Origin: Psilocybe cubensis
Taxonomy: Eukaryota
Assembly (NCBI GenBank): GCA_017499595.2
Contig: CM039002.1
Coordinates: 1,736,001-1,800,000 of the forward strand
DNA length: 64,000 nt
Reading direction: 5' to 3'
The notes below the pieces were generated by a model that saw only the letters and a program-made list of their open reading frames with translations, had not been told where the DNA came from and searched no databases. The position numbers and the translations under genes are program-made. This document shows, in pieces, positions 30,225-42,200 of the stretch (position 1 is the stretch's first letter; every line of letters starts with the position of its first letter).

Positions 30225-31183
30225 CTACATCGCGATACATCCACTCGCCCGCCTTCTCCGTCCCCTTGAAGGATCCGCTGGGTATCTTATTCGCATCTGT
30301 CTCAGCAATTCTTCAAATACTTCTGCGACATGCCAATTTCTTTTTGCTGATGTTTCGTAGAAAGGTAATTCCCACCGCGAAGCCAGCGTCTGAATTGTTG
30401 CGCGCTGAACTTCTCTTTCATTCACTAAATCAAGTTTTGTGCCGACGATTACAATAGGCGCTGTCTGCCATTAATTAATTCTCCATACTGGCTAAACTTG
30501 AGTATTCTGGACGCACTGTATCGCCTCCTTTGATCCTCAGGATTTGCTTTCGCAAGTTATCGACTTCCTGAAGGCTAGCTTCTTGCGTCAAACTACAAAT
30601 CACATATATGTGTTTTAATGAGTTTCAGGGTATATGTGGCCCTTCAGGTGGATTTTGTTCGTACCTAAACACAAGAACGAACCCACGACCCGACTGTGGA
30701 CGGTCAGTAAGATATCTGGCCTCATAATTAAATGTCTAACCTTGATGTAAACTTCATTGAGAGAAGTAAACTGTTCTGCACCGGCTGTATCAAGAACTTC
30801 GAGCTGTCCGACGAGGGTCAATACCTCAGTGACAATATATCATTGTAATTCAAGCGAGCGCATTCATACCGAATCAAGTTGTCCGTCCACCGTGATCGTT
30901 CTCCGATATTCCTCTATAACTTTTATCAAGGCCCGACGTCAACATCACGCAAGAGGCTCTCTGACCTTCAATTGTTGGGTCGTAATTCTCGACAAAGACG
31001 TCTTGGATGAAACGAACTGCAGAACGCGGTTAAGGAACGTAACGGCATTCTATTCAATAGTGGCTTCTTACCAGTCAGTGCTGATTTCCCAACACCTCCG
31101 GCTTTTGCAAAGTCATTAAAGGTGGCACACCGAACTTTTGGAATCACACTACCTCCAAGAACTACCACATTAAATTGCCTCAT
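30225..31183 (-). CDS. Rap/Rsr1-family small GTPase
   Basis: GAGGVGKS, YDPTIE, DTAGAEQF, TKLD, ETSAK, C-terminal CIAM prenylation box. Confidence 0.88.
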
Positions 31184-31519
31184 TGCTATAACGTGGAAGC
31201 CGATTAGTTTGTTGGTTAGGGGTATTGCATTTGTCTCTCACTTGACACGGATTCGATACCAGCTATAACTCGAAATGAACCTCAAAAGTAAAGGATTGTC
31301 GAATCGAGTCTCTGCATGGCTTGCCGTGAGAGTCCAGGCTGGGTGTGTACATGATCAGCGAGAGAATCTCTATCCCGGGTGTCTGCTGTTGCTTACACTA
31401 TCAATCATTCTCATATATTTCAAACTTATTGCAATTCAAGTCAGGGTTGTGTCAATGGCATTAATTTATAACTACCAATACCATATACATCTCAGGTACA
31501 ATTATTAGATATCGTTTCG

Positions 31520-33434
31520 CTACGCAGATGCCTTGGTAGCTTCTTCTGTGTGTTCAGCATTATCCGAAGTCCGCTCCACCTCTGCACCCTTTCGAGGAAC
31601 AGGTTCTTTTTTGGCAGCAGCGTTGGCAAAGCTCAGAGTTGGACGGACATTGGGTACCAATGACGGGGCGGGTGGCTTAGCAACAGATGCTTTCGGCTGT
31701 GAGGTTGCATTTACAGGAGGGGTTTGAGGTCGGCTCAGCTGGCTTCTCTCGATACCGGTGCGAGAAGTCGATCTCGACATAGAAAACTTTTCTTGGTGTG
31801 CCTCACGTTCCCGCTCAAGCCGTTCGGCCACTTCCTTGTCACGGCTACTGACATCAACAGGGCTTCTCGATTGTCAGGAACGTTGTGATCAAGATGAAAC
31901 TTAAACTTACCGCGCAGCGCCAAAAGGGTTTGATTTTGGGTTGCCTGACGTGGGAGGAGTAGGCCCCATCTTGGGAGATGACAAAGGACTGGGAGAAACA
32001 GATGCACTTCCAGACCTAGGCAAGAGTTCTAATTTTTTGCGCGCTAACTGGGGGGTTGGTGGCGTCGAGTTGTTAGCTGTAGAAGAATCAGAGAATCAGT
32101 CGTTGATAAGTAAATGAACGACGTGTCACTGACGGGAGACGCCTTTGGGGCCACGGGCAGAGCTTCTCCAGTCACCCTCATCTGCATGAGTCTCTTTTGG
32201 AGGACCCATATCATTCCTTACTCTATGCGTGGATGACCTAGTGGAAGAATCTTCGTGTGGTCCATTTGAAGACGCCTTGAATTTAGCACCAATAGTCCAT
32301 GTTTCTTCTTTATCGGCAGCTCCAGACTGAGCTTCGGGGGTAAGGAAACCTGAGCCTTTACGCTTGAAAGGTGGAGGATCGGCCTCAGCAACCCTCGGTG
32401 GACGGTTAGAGCGCCATTGATCAACATTGTCCGACACGCTGGGTGGTTGTCGGTCGGCGCCGGGGCCGCCATGCCTATCACCAGATGGTCCGTCAAATCG
32501 ACGTCTGGAAGCGTCTCGTGAATTAGGGAGATCTGGAAGTGGGCCATCCCTACGCCATGGATTGTCAAATTTGGCATTGTCTTCTGAGGCTGCCCCAAAC
32601 CCTCTTTCTTTGGCTGTAGCTTCGTTAAAACTTGGATACCATAATTTTTGGTGGACGTACGTGGCTCCGCGACACTGACACGAATTGTTCTACCAGAAAA
32701 ATTCTAAGAGACCAATGATTTAGCCACAATTAGCAAGTAAAAAAACAAGGACACACCGAACCGGTTTTTCCCAGCGCCTCCTTTAAGCCATCTAAATCTT
32801 CGAACTCAATGTACCCAAAACCCTTCGGCTTTTCATCCTTATCTCTGATGATTTTGACGGATTTCGTCTGAGTGGGTATTATATGGGTACTATAGTCTGT
32901 TAATATGTAACGGAAACTTACCTTAATACCGGAGAAAAAAGACTCCAATTCCGACTCCGTCAAATCAAAAGCGAGGTTGCCCACAAACGCAGTAAAAGGA
33001 GGCTGAGTTGGTAAAGGAACATCTTCTCTAGGAGGTGCGCTTTGGCGATCCGCTATCGGATAGGTTCAGATTCAATATTACGGATACTTTAAGGAAGAAC
33101 TTGCGTCGTGAGCTCAAAAAATCGTCTCTTCTGCCATATCGGTCCCCGGAAGATTCCTCTTCAATTCTAGGTGCCGCTGAAAAAATTATGAGCAAAAGGA
33201 TTGAATAAGAGTCGAGAATACATACGAGCATTAGGGAGGGATTCCATTTCGTCCGCCCATGACCCCAACGCTGGAAGAATGGCGATAAGCGAAAAGTGGG
33301 TCGAAATGGGTACAACCTGACCACTCACTGCTATCACCTAGAAACTCATTTAAAGAGATTTTTTTAGATTTCTTGGGAGCTGTAAAGTGATCAGAGAATA
33401 CTTAAGATATTTACAATAAGCAGTACTAACCCAT
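31520..33434 (-). CDS. TIF3: Translation initiation factor eIF4B-like RRM protein
   Basis: MAPKKSKKISLNEFL, SWADEME, PPFTAFVGNLAFD, KGFGYIEF, WR repeats, LELLPRS, NPFGAAKPVD. Confidence 0.88.
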
Positions 33435-35805
33435 ATTCTAATTTTCAACAACGGTGAAGAGAACAACGGTTTGACAACAGTAAATAGAATGCGATTTTTC
33501 GAGTGACTTTGCGCTAGTTTGGCTGTGGCGTGAGCCTGGACGGTAATGTTACGTAACAGGCGGTCATTGTGCTGAACAGTCGGGCCGAGAGTTGGTCCGA
33601 ACCTGGCCCAAACAGTGACATAGTGTTGCCGCCAAAGCGCAGCTGCACTCTGTTTTTTTTATTCTCCAACACACTTTACAACGCAACAAAGTCGGAGTGA
33701 AGTGCAAAGTGTGCTATAAAATAACTCACTTGTAGATACAATTTTTCTTGTGATAAAATAAAAGATAAGCAGAAGTTGTGAAAGGTAAGAGTAAGAATAC
33801 ATCTGGAAACTTGATTTTGTGCAGTAGCTGCACAGCAATATTACATATAGGTGCAACAATAGGGTATACTATTTAGAACACTTGTAAAAAAAAGAAGTTG
33901 GATAAGCTATTGATGGTTGAAAAGCAATATGAACCAAAATTCTATTGGGAGAGCAGCTACTAATTTGGAACAGATGATTATAAAGCTGCTATGCATAAGG
34001 TACAAAGACTTATGATGGAATCCCAAGGATAAGCAGCAGTTTTAAAAAGAGGTATCATAGTACAAATTGCAAGACAATACATCACTATGGAAACAGTACT
34101 AAAAGGTCCGTCAATAGAAGCACAAACAATGTGGTATGGGTATATTATTAAAAGTAAAAAGTGAGGAATAAGCTATATTAATGATGAATTAATCAAAGAC
34201 AAGCTAGCCATGATGTGCCATATGTATACGCTATGGAATAATGAGTAAGAAAATAACAAAAAACAATGGACTTCATACTAAAGAAGAAAATAAACTTAGA
34301 TACAGATTATAACTGTTAAAACCAACAACTTTTGAAATCATGTTTTTCCCTTCATAATGTTTGGATTTCAGAGGCAAGTGGGTTGCAGTAGCTTGAATGG
34401 ACAGAGTGAATGAATTTTTTTTTTAAACCAGTTAATAGAAATACTGAAAAAAGGAGGGCAACCACTATCATTAACAAAGTGGAAAAGCCAGATTCAAGGT
34501 CATAAAAACAATCATATCTTCAATACTATGAATGAAAAAAGATCAATGAATTTTTTGGAGGTAATGACGGAATAAAAAATGTAAACAGAGACAGATAAAT
34601 GTAAAAATAACTGTTATAAAATATATTGAATTGAACTATGATATATGAAATATAAATATACAAGAACTTAAAACAAAGCCATATGGCATACAATATATAA
34701 ATACTGTAAATCTATTTAGCAGAAGTGTGTCAAAATTGTATAAAAGACAAAAAAAGTGTCCACAGAAAAAATTGCTTATATTGCGGCAAATGCCAGTGAA
34801 ATGTCTTGTTTGGGGTGATGGTGCAATTCCCAAGCAATAGGCTGCAACATTTGTGTTTGTCACTGAGAGGAAAGCAAAGTTATTATCACTCTTCACAGAA
34901 CAGCACAAGCTTTGAAATAGATATGATAAATAGGTAGTATGCACAGTGTTGTACACTAGTTGTAATTATAAAGAGGCTATTTCACCTCTAATTTACAAAT
35001 ACAAGTACATAAGAGCGCTTGTCAAAATTGTGTGCGCACACTTGTTCTTCAAGTTTCTTGGTATAAATAGTCTCATTCAGAGATGAGATTCTCCCTTAAT
35101 AGGTGTGGTGTGGACCCTCAAAGCCCCAATAATCAAACTGCAATCCTCTTGGTTATATGTGTCCTCTTGGCTAATAAATAATTGAAACTGCAACCCTCTT
35201 GGTCACAGGTACCCTTTTGGCTATAACAGAAATGGAATGGAAGCTTTTTCCTTGGAGAAGAACTTGTGAATCCACGCCAGTAGCCTCTTGCCCTGGTTAC
35301 TTCCTGAGTGCTAACTCAAAATATGTAGAAAATGACTTGCAATACAAGCACTCTTAAGCACCAAAATACTTTGTATCTAAGTCTAGATAAACTACACTTG
35401 TGTTTTTCTTTACTTAGACAACAAGCTTGTCTACAAAGCAACTTATCACACTGTTTGAATGCGGGGGTTTAGAATAAATCTGTACTCTTAATTCTTGGGT
35501 ATGAGATTACTTGTCCTTAGACTATAATACATGGTTTAATTTATACTATACTAACTACTGAGAGGAGAAATTTGAAAACACAATTACAAATGAAAATAGA
35601 ACCATTAATAATACTACTACTGCACCTTCCCAAGTTAGTTAGCAAGGGCAGTATTCCTACATTTCTGCTAGGCTTACTAGCAAGCACACTTACTCTTGAA
35701 GTCTATTGATTACGTCAGTTGTTGGCATCTTACACTCAACTTCCAACTTATTATGACTAGCCACATTTAGAAATATTTCCTTCAATTCTCCAAGACTCAG
35801 TTATA

Positions 35806-36406
35806 CTAATAAGATTGGGCTCATTAGGAACCAGCACCCCCTTAGGTAAGCAAAAGTTGGCTTACCTCCAAACCTTTTCAGCCCTTCTGCACTCACACTA
35901 TTCTACATTTTTGAACCACAGATATGTAGATTATGCTTTTTTGAACACATCTGTGGTTTTTTTTTTCCAAAAAATTTTGATCTCAAGAAGTTATAAAGAT
36001 TTTAATTTTTTTCCCTTTTTTTTACTCTAATACGTCAGAAATGGTGTTTTCTCGAGTTTGGGAGATTTTCGAAAATTTGACAATGTTCTTTTGGCCGCTT
36101 ATATAATGGAGCACGTGACTACACGTGACAGAAAGTCACACCTAAGTAATACCTCTCAGACTCATTATGGACTTGCAGAGAATACAATTTGACCTCTGAG
36201 GTCTATTTCTATTATTGTGGGCATAAAGGCTAGTAGTAAGAAATGTATATGCACATTTATGAATTTTTTTTTTAAAATCTTTTTGTCTGAAAACATTTTC
36301 CCTCAACATAACTTTTGATTTTTTTTTTGAACTGGATTTTGGCCGCTCTTGGCGCCAAGCCCATTGATTACGTAAGGGTGCTGGTTCCTGATGAGCCCAA
36401 TCTTAG
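35806..36406. mobile_element. MITE / non-autonomous TIR element (Tc1-mariner-type TA TSD)
   Basis: ~45-bp TIRs: CTA(ATA)AGATTGGGCTCATTAGGAACCAGCACCC at left vs GGGTGCTGGTTCCTGATGAGCCCAATCTTAG at right; TA on both sides; no coding capacity. Confidence 0.85.
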
Positions 36407-37379
36407 TATAGATAAACAACCTGCTAGCCGTTATATGTATGACTACTATATAGTGGTACACATTTCAATTTTCAATATGTGGCTTATGCCTTGAAGTGGA
36501 GGGCTTAATAAGCACCTTCTCTATTTAGTCCAGAATTCTGTATTGTTGTGAGATATAACAATCTACAATGAAATAAGGTTTGAGACTGATAATAAGTGCC
36601 GGTATAATAGAACCCCTTCAAGTGTTCTCTTTTATATATGGGAGCCTATAATAATACTGAGATAAGGAGCTTCTGGGTGCTAAGTAGAGAATATTCCTAT
36701 TTAGGCAACTATTGCCAATTTTAATAGAAAGTAAGTATGGCTAGTAAGCATGCTTATTTTCAATACTGCTGCTTCCCCTGGTATCTTTCAGGTTACCTAA
36801 GTTTATGATGCGCAATATACTTTATTTCTAGTAATATATAACTACTTGCATAGTATAATATTCCTATTGCCTTAGTACATCACTTAATAAGTGGTTTCTC
36901 CTGTTCTTTGTATGCTAGCACACATACTTATTTACATGAGAAATGCTAAAAATTCAGCATTTTTATGCTTAGCAATTCTATAGTCTCTTTACTGGCTGCA
37001 TAAATATTATGACTAGTAAAAATTTGGTAGGGGGAGAGGCTATAAATAACAAGTCTTCCAAAGAGAAGCCTTGTAATGAGAGATAATTATTATTGATGAA
37101 GGCAAAATCTTTAAAATATTTTTTTAAAACATTTAGCTGGCTGAGTATATATATATACTAGAAGTATAATAGAGTAGTTGAAAGAGCAATAGGATATTCT
37201 AGATTTTAGACATCTTCATGAAGTAAAATTTATTCTATAAACTTGTATTATTCAGAGCTGAGTTAAGTCTCTTGTACACACTATTGAACTCTCAGATTGA
37301 CAGTAGTGGATAATGTGCTATTCATACATCCTTGCTATGCTATCATATAGCTTTTCATTAAACTAGTATAATTTTTCTA

Positions 37380-38605
37380 TTAAAACCAACTAAATATGCA
37401 TTTACTTGTTTAATTGCTAAAAAATTAAAAATCCATTTTTTATTTTTGCCTATTAGCTCATTCTATTTAGCAGAGTTGCAATATTTCTGACAAAACTTAT
37501 TAGTGATTTTATGCTTTAACTTGAAGTGAAATACATCAATGGGCATAACAACATGTTAAAAGTAGTTGTCTTTATGGGTAGCAAGGTATCTCTGAAAATG
37601 GCAATTGTTATTATAGAAAAGCATATTTGCACAATCCAAAGGATTCAGAAATACTAACTTGAGGAAGTCATCAATATCATCAATATTAGATATTAATTCA
37701 GCACCAAACATAGTTGCTCTAGCATTAATAATTCTATAGCAGTTAATAATTAGCTACTTATTATAAGTTTGACTACACATAAAATAAGCCTTGGAAACTA
37801 TATTTTTTTTGTTTGATTTTTTGCTATAGTTATAATCAATATTATAATATTTTTTTAGCAGTTCTATTGCAAAATCTATTAAAAGCATTGAATTTGATAA
37901 TTAGAAACTATTGAATTTGTTTAATTATTTGTAAAGTTAAAAAAAGCTTTTCCATATTCTTTGCAATGATTTTTTAGCTCTTAATAAATAGCCAATAAAC
38001 ATATTTGATAATCATTTTTAGCTTTTTTGTTACAGTTTGTAATAACACAAATATGTAGATTTTAGAAACTTATGAGTCTTATAAAAATATGCTCAATTGT
38101 TGATTAAAAGCTTCTTGCAATTGTGAACTTTGCAATATGGCCAACCCAAAGTTATTTTATCCATAATACATACACAAAATGCTTATAGATTTTTATAACT
38201 CTTTTTCTTGATAAAGGACTTGTATTTATTGCATGCATACATCTTTTCTTTAAAACCATTGATTATGATTATCTTATTTTCTATTTTTATTGCTATTTTT
38301 AGATGTTTGTTATAATTTCTACTATCTGGTAACACTAAGGATATTCTTTATTTGTTAAAATATTGAAGTAAGCTATTTAAGGTAAATAAATGTATAAAAG
38401 ATTTGTTTTGAAAATAAAGTAAGATCTGAAAGGCAATTTGGAGGTACTATACTGCCTATTGGCTGGATTTGATCAAGTATAGTATTGATAATATTGGCAT
38501 AGTTTAGCAAGGAAACCTGTTTAAAAAACCATAATGCTTGTGAACAATTCACAATTTTAATTTAATGAAGATGTGCTTTTCAAGATGAATAAATTTGGCC
38601 TGATA
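37380..38605 (-). pseudogene. Decayed KDZ-type transposase with CxC5/CxC6 cysteine clusters
   Basis: Conceptual translation through stops: KFIHLEKHIF..CELF, MYACNK, IMDKITLGWPYCKVHNCK, RIINARATMFGAE, LFYNNNC, PIDVFHFKLKH...FCQKYCN, WIFN. Confidence 0.68.
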
Positions 38606-39598
38606 CTGGTGTTTGTGGAGGAAAATAAAAAATAAAGAAAAAAGAAAAAAGAAAAAAGAAAAAAGAGAAGGAAAGGGTGAAAAAGAGGGGGGATTTTTGT
38701 ACCATATCCCAATACCCCCAGTCAATAAAATGATAATGCACAATAAGAAAATGGGCATGCCCGAGATTGTTATGGTCTATTTTTTTTGGGCCTGCGGCGC
38801 TAAATACTTGCTTAGATGCTTGCATATCAAATTTTGAGACCTTTTATTTGCAATTTTACCTCTTTTAAAACGGGAATAGTTGCTTAGATAAATAGCCCCG
38901 TAGATGTATGTCCCCCGATGATAAGATTGTGAATATTTTTAGAAATGAGAGTGTATTTAATTTTTTATGTTAGTGGTAGTAGTACTTACACTTCTATTGG
39001 TAAAGCTGAATTAAATCTTTTTTCAGTTATAAGATAATATATATTTCTTCTATATTAACATGTTCTGCTTCTCCATGGTATTAGCTCGAAGACGAAGAGA
39101 TGGTAATGTTCAAAACCATTCAAATCCACTAGTCATTTAGGCTGCACATCAAGTTGACAGTAATTTTAGTGTCTTTTGTTAATTTTGATCATATATATAC
39201 TACTATACAATATACTTATATTTTTATTTACATGTTATGTGCCATGAACAAGGCAAATGAGCTCAAAGACGCCTCTTGTCAAGCGTGTTGAAGTGCAAAA
39301 AACTGGAATAAAGCTAGCACGTGATTACCATAAATGGTACAAATTTCAAATTCAGTATTTCCTAGTATACCCCACTAACACCTTTAGCTGGCCATAAATT
39401 TTAATTGAACATTAGTATAAAAGTAGCATAATCCATTAATGATATAATATATTGGGTAATACTAGGTTTGGCAATTTGTATGTACCTCAAAAAGTTGCCC
39501 GTACGCATGGAAGTGCAACTAAGGAGAAAACACCAAAACAACCAGGAAGATAATCTAAAATCTCTAAATAGGTCAAGACCACCAAAGTATATTGACAA

Positions 39599-41790
39599 TT
39601 GTTAAAGACACCTATGACTGTTATTTTAGAAACCATGTTGGGTATATCTCCTGAAGTGTCCAGTATTCTACAGGATCAACTAAAAGTGCAAAACACAAAA
39701 CATGTGAATATCATTGAACCCATTTCAGAAAATTCAAAACTAGTAGCTAAGGTGAATGCTAGTACTGGCAATAGTTCTAAATTTGGAAATCTGATAAAAA
39801 TATGTTTCCAACATAATAGGCAAAATGTGATAGGAATTATTGACTCCAGATCAGAACTCAATATTATCTGAAGTAATGTAGCTAACAAATTGCAGCTTCC
39901 AATTGACATAACTCAATCCATTAATATGAGTGATGCTAATGGAGGAATAGGAAAACTCACAGGACTTGTGCAAAAGACAGATTTACATTGCGGTGCAGTG
40001 CAAACTATAGCCAATACAGTGGGCAAAAAAACCATTCGAGTGTTGGTCACGTATGAAAAGATTAATTTATAACTTTGAAATTAAAAATGTTAAAAATATG
40101 AGATTATTCACAGATATACTATATGGTGTTAGCTAAAGGATGACACACTGATCATGTGATTTGTCCAAGAATTGACCAAACAGCAGCATACACAATTTGC
40201 TAAGTCATTCGAACAGTTTTTTTGCTAGTAATTTAAATGCTATAAACTATGTATTATCACATGACTTTGTTGATATACCAAACAACTATCAATAAAATCA
40301 TGTGACTACATGTTGAATAGGTATATAATAGCTACAACCAACCTCTTTATCCCCCCAATCAAGCATAAAACCCATCTCTAAAGCAACTATTGCTACTATT
40401 GTCTCTCTTCTTACTTCTGGGCACTCCTATGCCTCTATCAAGGCCCAGACTGGAGCTAGTGCTGGTTCTATCACCAAGATTTGCCAAGACTACTGTCCTG
40501 AGGCAGTAGTTTCCCATGGAGGACGCCCAAAGAAGCTGACTGGTGCCAATATCACCTATACCAAGCGTGGAATTTGAACTGGACAAATCAAGAATGCTGT
40601 GCAAGCTGCCAAGTCTCTGGCTACTATTAATGGCCAGAATATCAGTCCTCAAACAGTTAGGAATGCACTCAAATCAACTGGCATGGTCTCAGTGGCAAAA
40701 CAAAAGAAGCCTTTGTTATCAAAAAAACATAGGAGAGCTAGATTGGAGTTTGCAGAAAGGCACTTGGAGTGGACTGTGGATGACTGGGCAAGGGTCTGGT
40801 GGTCAGATAAGACCAAAATCAATAGATTGGGTTCAGATGGCAGAGATCAGGTGTGGATAGACAAGGAAAACAGACAGGACCCCAGGAGGATCAAGCAAAC
40901 TGTGAAGTTTGGAGGAGGAAACTTAATGATGTGGGGTTGTATGGGATGAAAAGGAATTGGATTTGCCACTAGAATTGATGGAAAGATGAATGCTCAGTTA
41001 TACACTGAGATCCTAGGTAATGAGCTCCTAAAATCCTTGGAGTGGTATGGTCAACAGGTAGAAGATATCCACTTTCAGCAAGACAATGACCCCAAGCACA
41101 CCTCAAAATTGGCCAAGAAATGGTTTGAAGAGTAGAATTTTAGGGTCCTCATATGGCCTGCACAATCTCCAGATCTCAACCCTATTGAACATCTATGGGA
41201 ATACCTCAAAAGAAGACTTAATGAATATGAAGTCCCACCAAAGGGTATCCATGAACCTTGGGAGAGGGTTGAGGAATGGAATAGAATACCCAAGGAAGTG
41301 GTGCAGAATTTGATTGCTAGCATGCCTAGAAGGTGTGCAGCAGTGATTAAGGCCAAGGGTGGACATACAAAGTACTAGTAGATATGATTTATTGATACTC
41401 AAGTGTTTAGCAAAAAAACTGTTCGAATGACTTAGCAAACTGTATATGCTCCTGTTTGGTCAATTCTTGGAAAAATCACATGATCAGTATGCCATCCTTT
41501 AGCTAACACCATATAGTATATCTGTGAATAATCTCATATTTTTAACATTTTTAATTTCAAATTATAAATTAATCTTTTCATACGTGACCAACACTCGAAC
41601 GGTTTTTTTGCCCACTGTATATGGATTGGAGGTAATGACGCACCCTTTGAATTATTACTTGGAAGGGCCTGGATGACAGATAATCCAGCTTTAGTGGTGG
41701 AAAAGAAAATAGGAATATACATTAGCTTTAGGCACAAGGGAACTGGTTGAATAAAGTATGAAATAGCAGTGGATGGACCTATAAATGCCT
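39599..41790 (+). pseudogene. Gypsy-like gag/aspartic-protease fragment, split by a Tc1 element
   Basis: IGIIDSRSELNII (degenerate D-S/T-G), MSDANGG..LTG, LHCGAVQTIAN|IWIG..APFELLLGRAW; frame restored on removing 40017-41617 plus one TA. Confidence 0.7.
40017..41617 (+). mobile_element. Tc1-like DD34E DNA transposon, copy 1 (transposase pseudogene ~40364-41378)
   Basis: TA|CAGTG...CACTG|TA, ~210-bp TIRs, GGRPKKL, KKPLLS..H..ARLEFA, WSD, FQQDNDPKH, SPDLNPIE; several in-frame stops. Confidence 0.96.
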
Positions 41791-42120
41791 ATATGCCCAA
41801 ATCAGGAAGTTCTAGTTTGGCTTGTTCATTTGCAACAATAATGCATACCAGTATACTGGAAAAATAGATTTTAGATTCAGCCACAGAACTTAATCTGCAT
41901 AATCTATGCTCTAATTGCAATAACCCCATACAGGAGGAATCGGAAAATCTGAATATGATCTTGACAAAATCAATAATACAGTAATCAGAAGATCTATCTG
42001 AGATTGGAATGCTTAAATCTGATAAATCTATGCCCATAAAGAAACCACAAACACTTTACTCTAATCAGAATAAAGCGCAGCCTCAGATAAGAAAAACAAT
42101 AAAGGGGCCCCATATTAATA

Positions 42121-42200
42121 CTTGTTTTAGCAGGCCGTCGCTGCACGCGGCGTGACAAGGCTTTACGGCCGAAGCCGCTAATTACGTAATAGCGGAGTTG
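42121..42200. other. GC-rich double hairpin; candidate Helitron terminus
   Basis: GGCCGT...ACGGCC and CCGCTA-ATTACGTAA-TAGCGG inverted repeats, CpG-rich in a CpG-poor context, at the point where Gypsy-like sequence ends. Confidence 0.4.

Noticed and set aside
33700-35800. Possible decayed LTR/TE with TATAAATAG and a two-unit ~50-bp repeat (35135-35227)
   Set aside because: No termini, partner LTR or protein motif could be established
38620-38830. Purine-rich tract and GGCGCTAAATACTTGCTT, weakly inverted-similar to ~42455-42472
   Set aside because: Similarity too short and low-complexity to call paired termini
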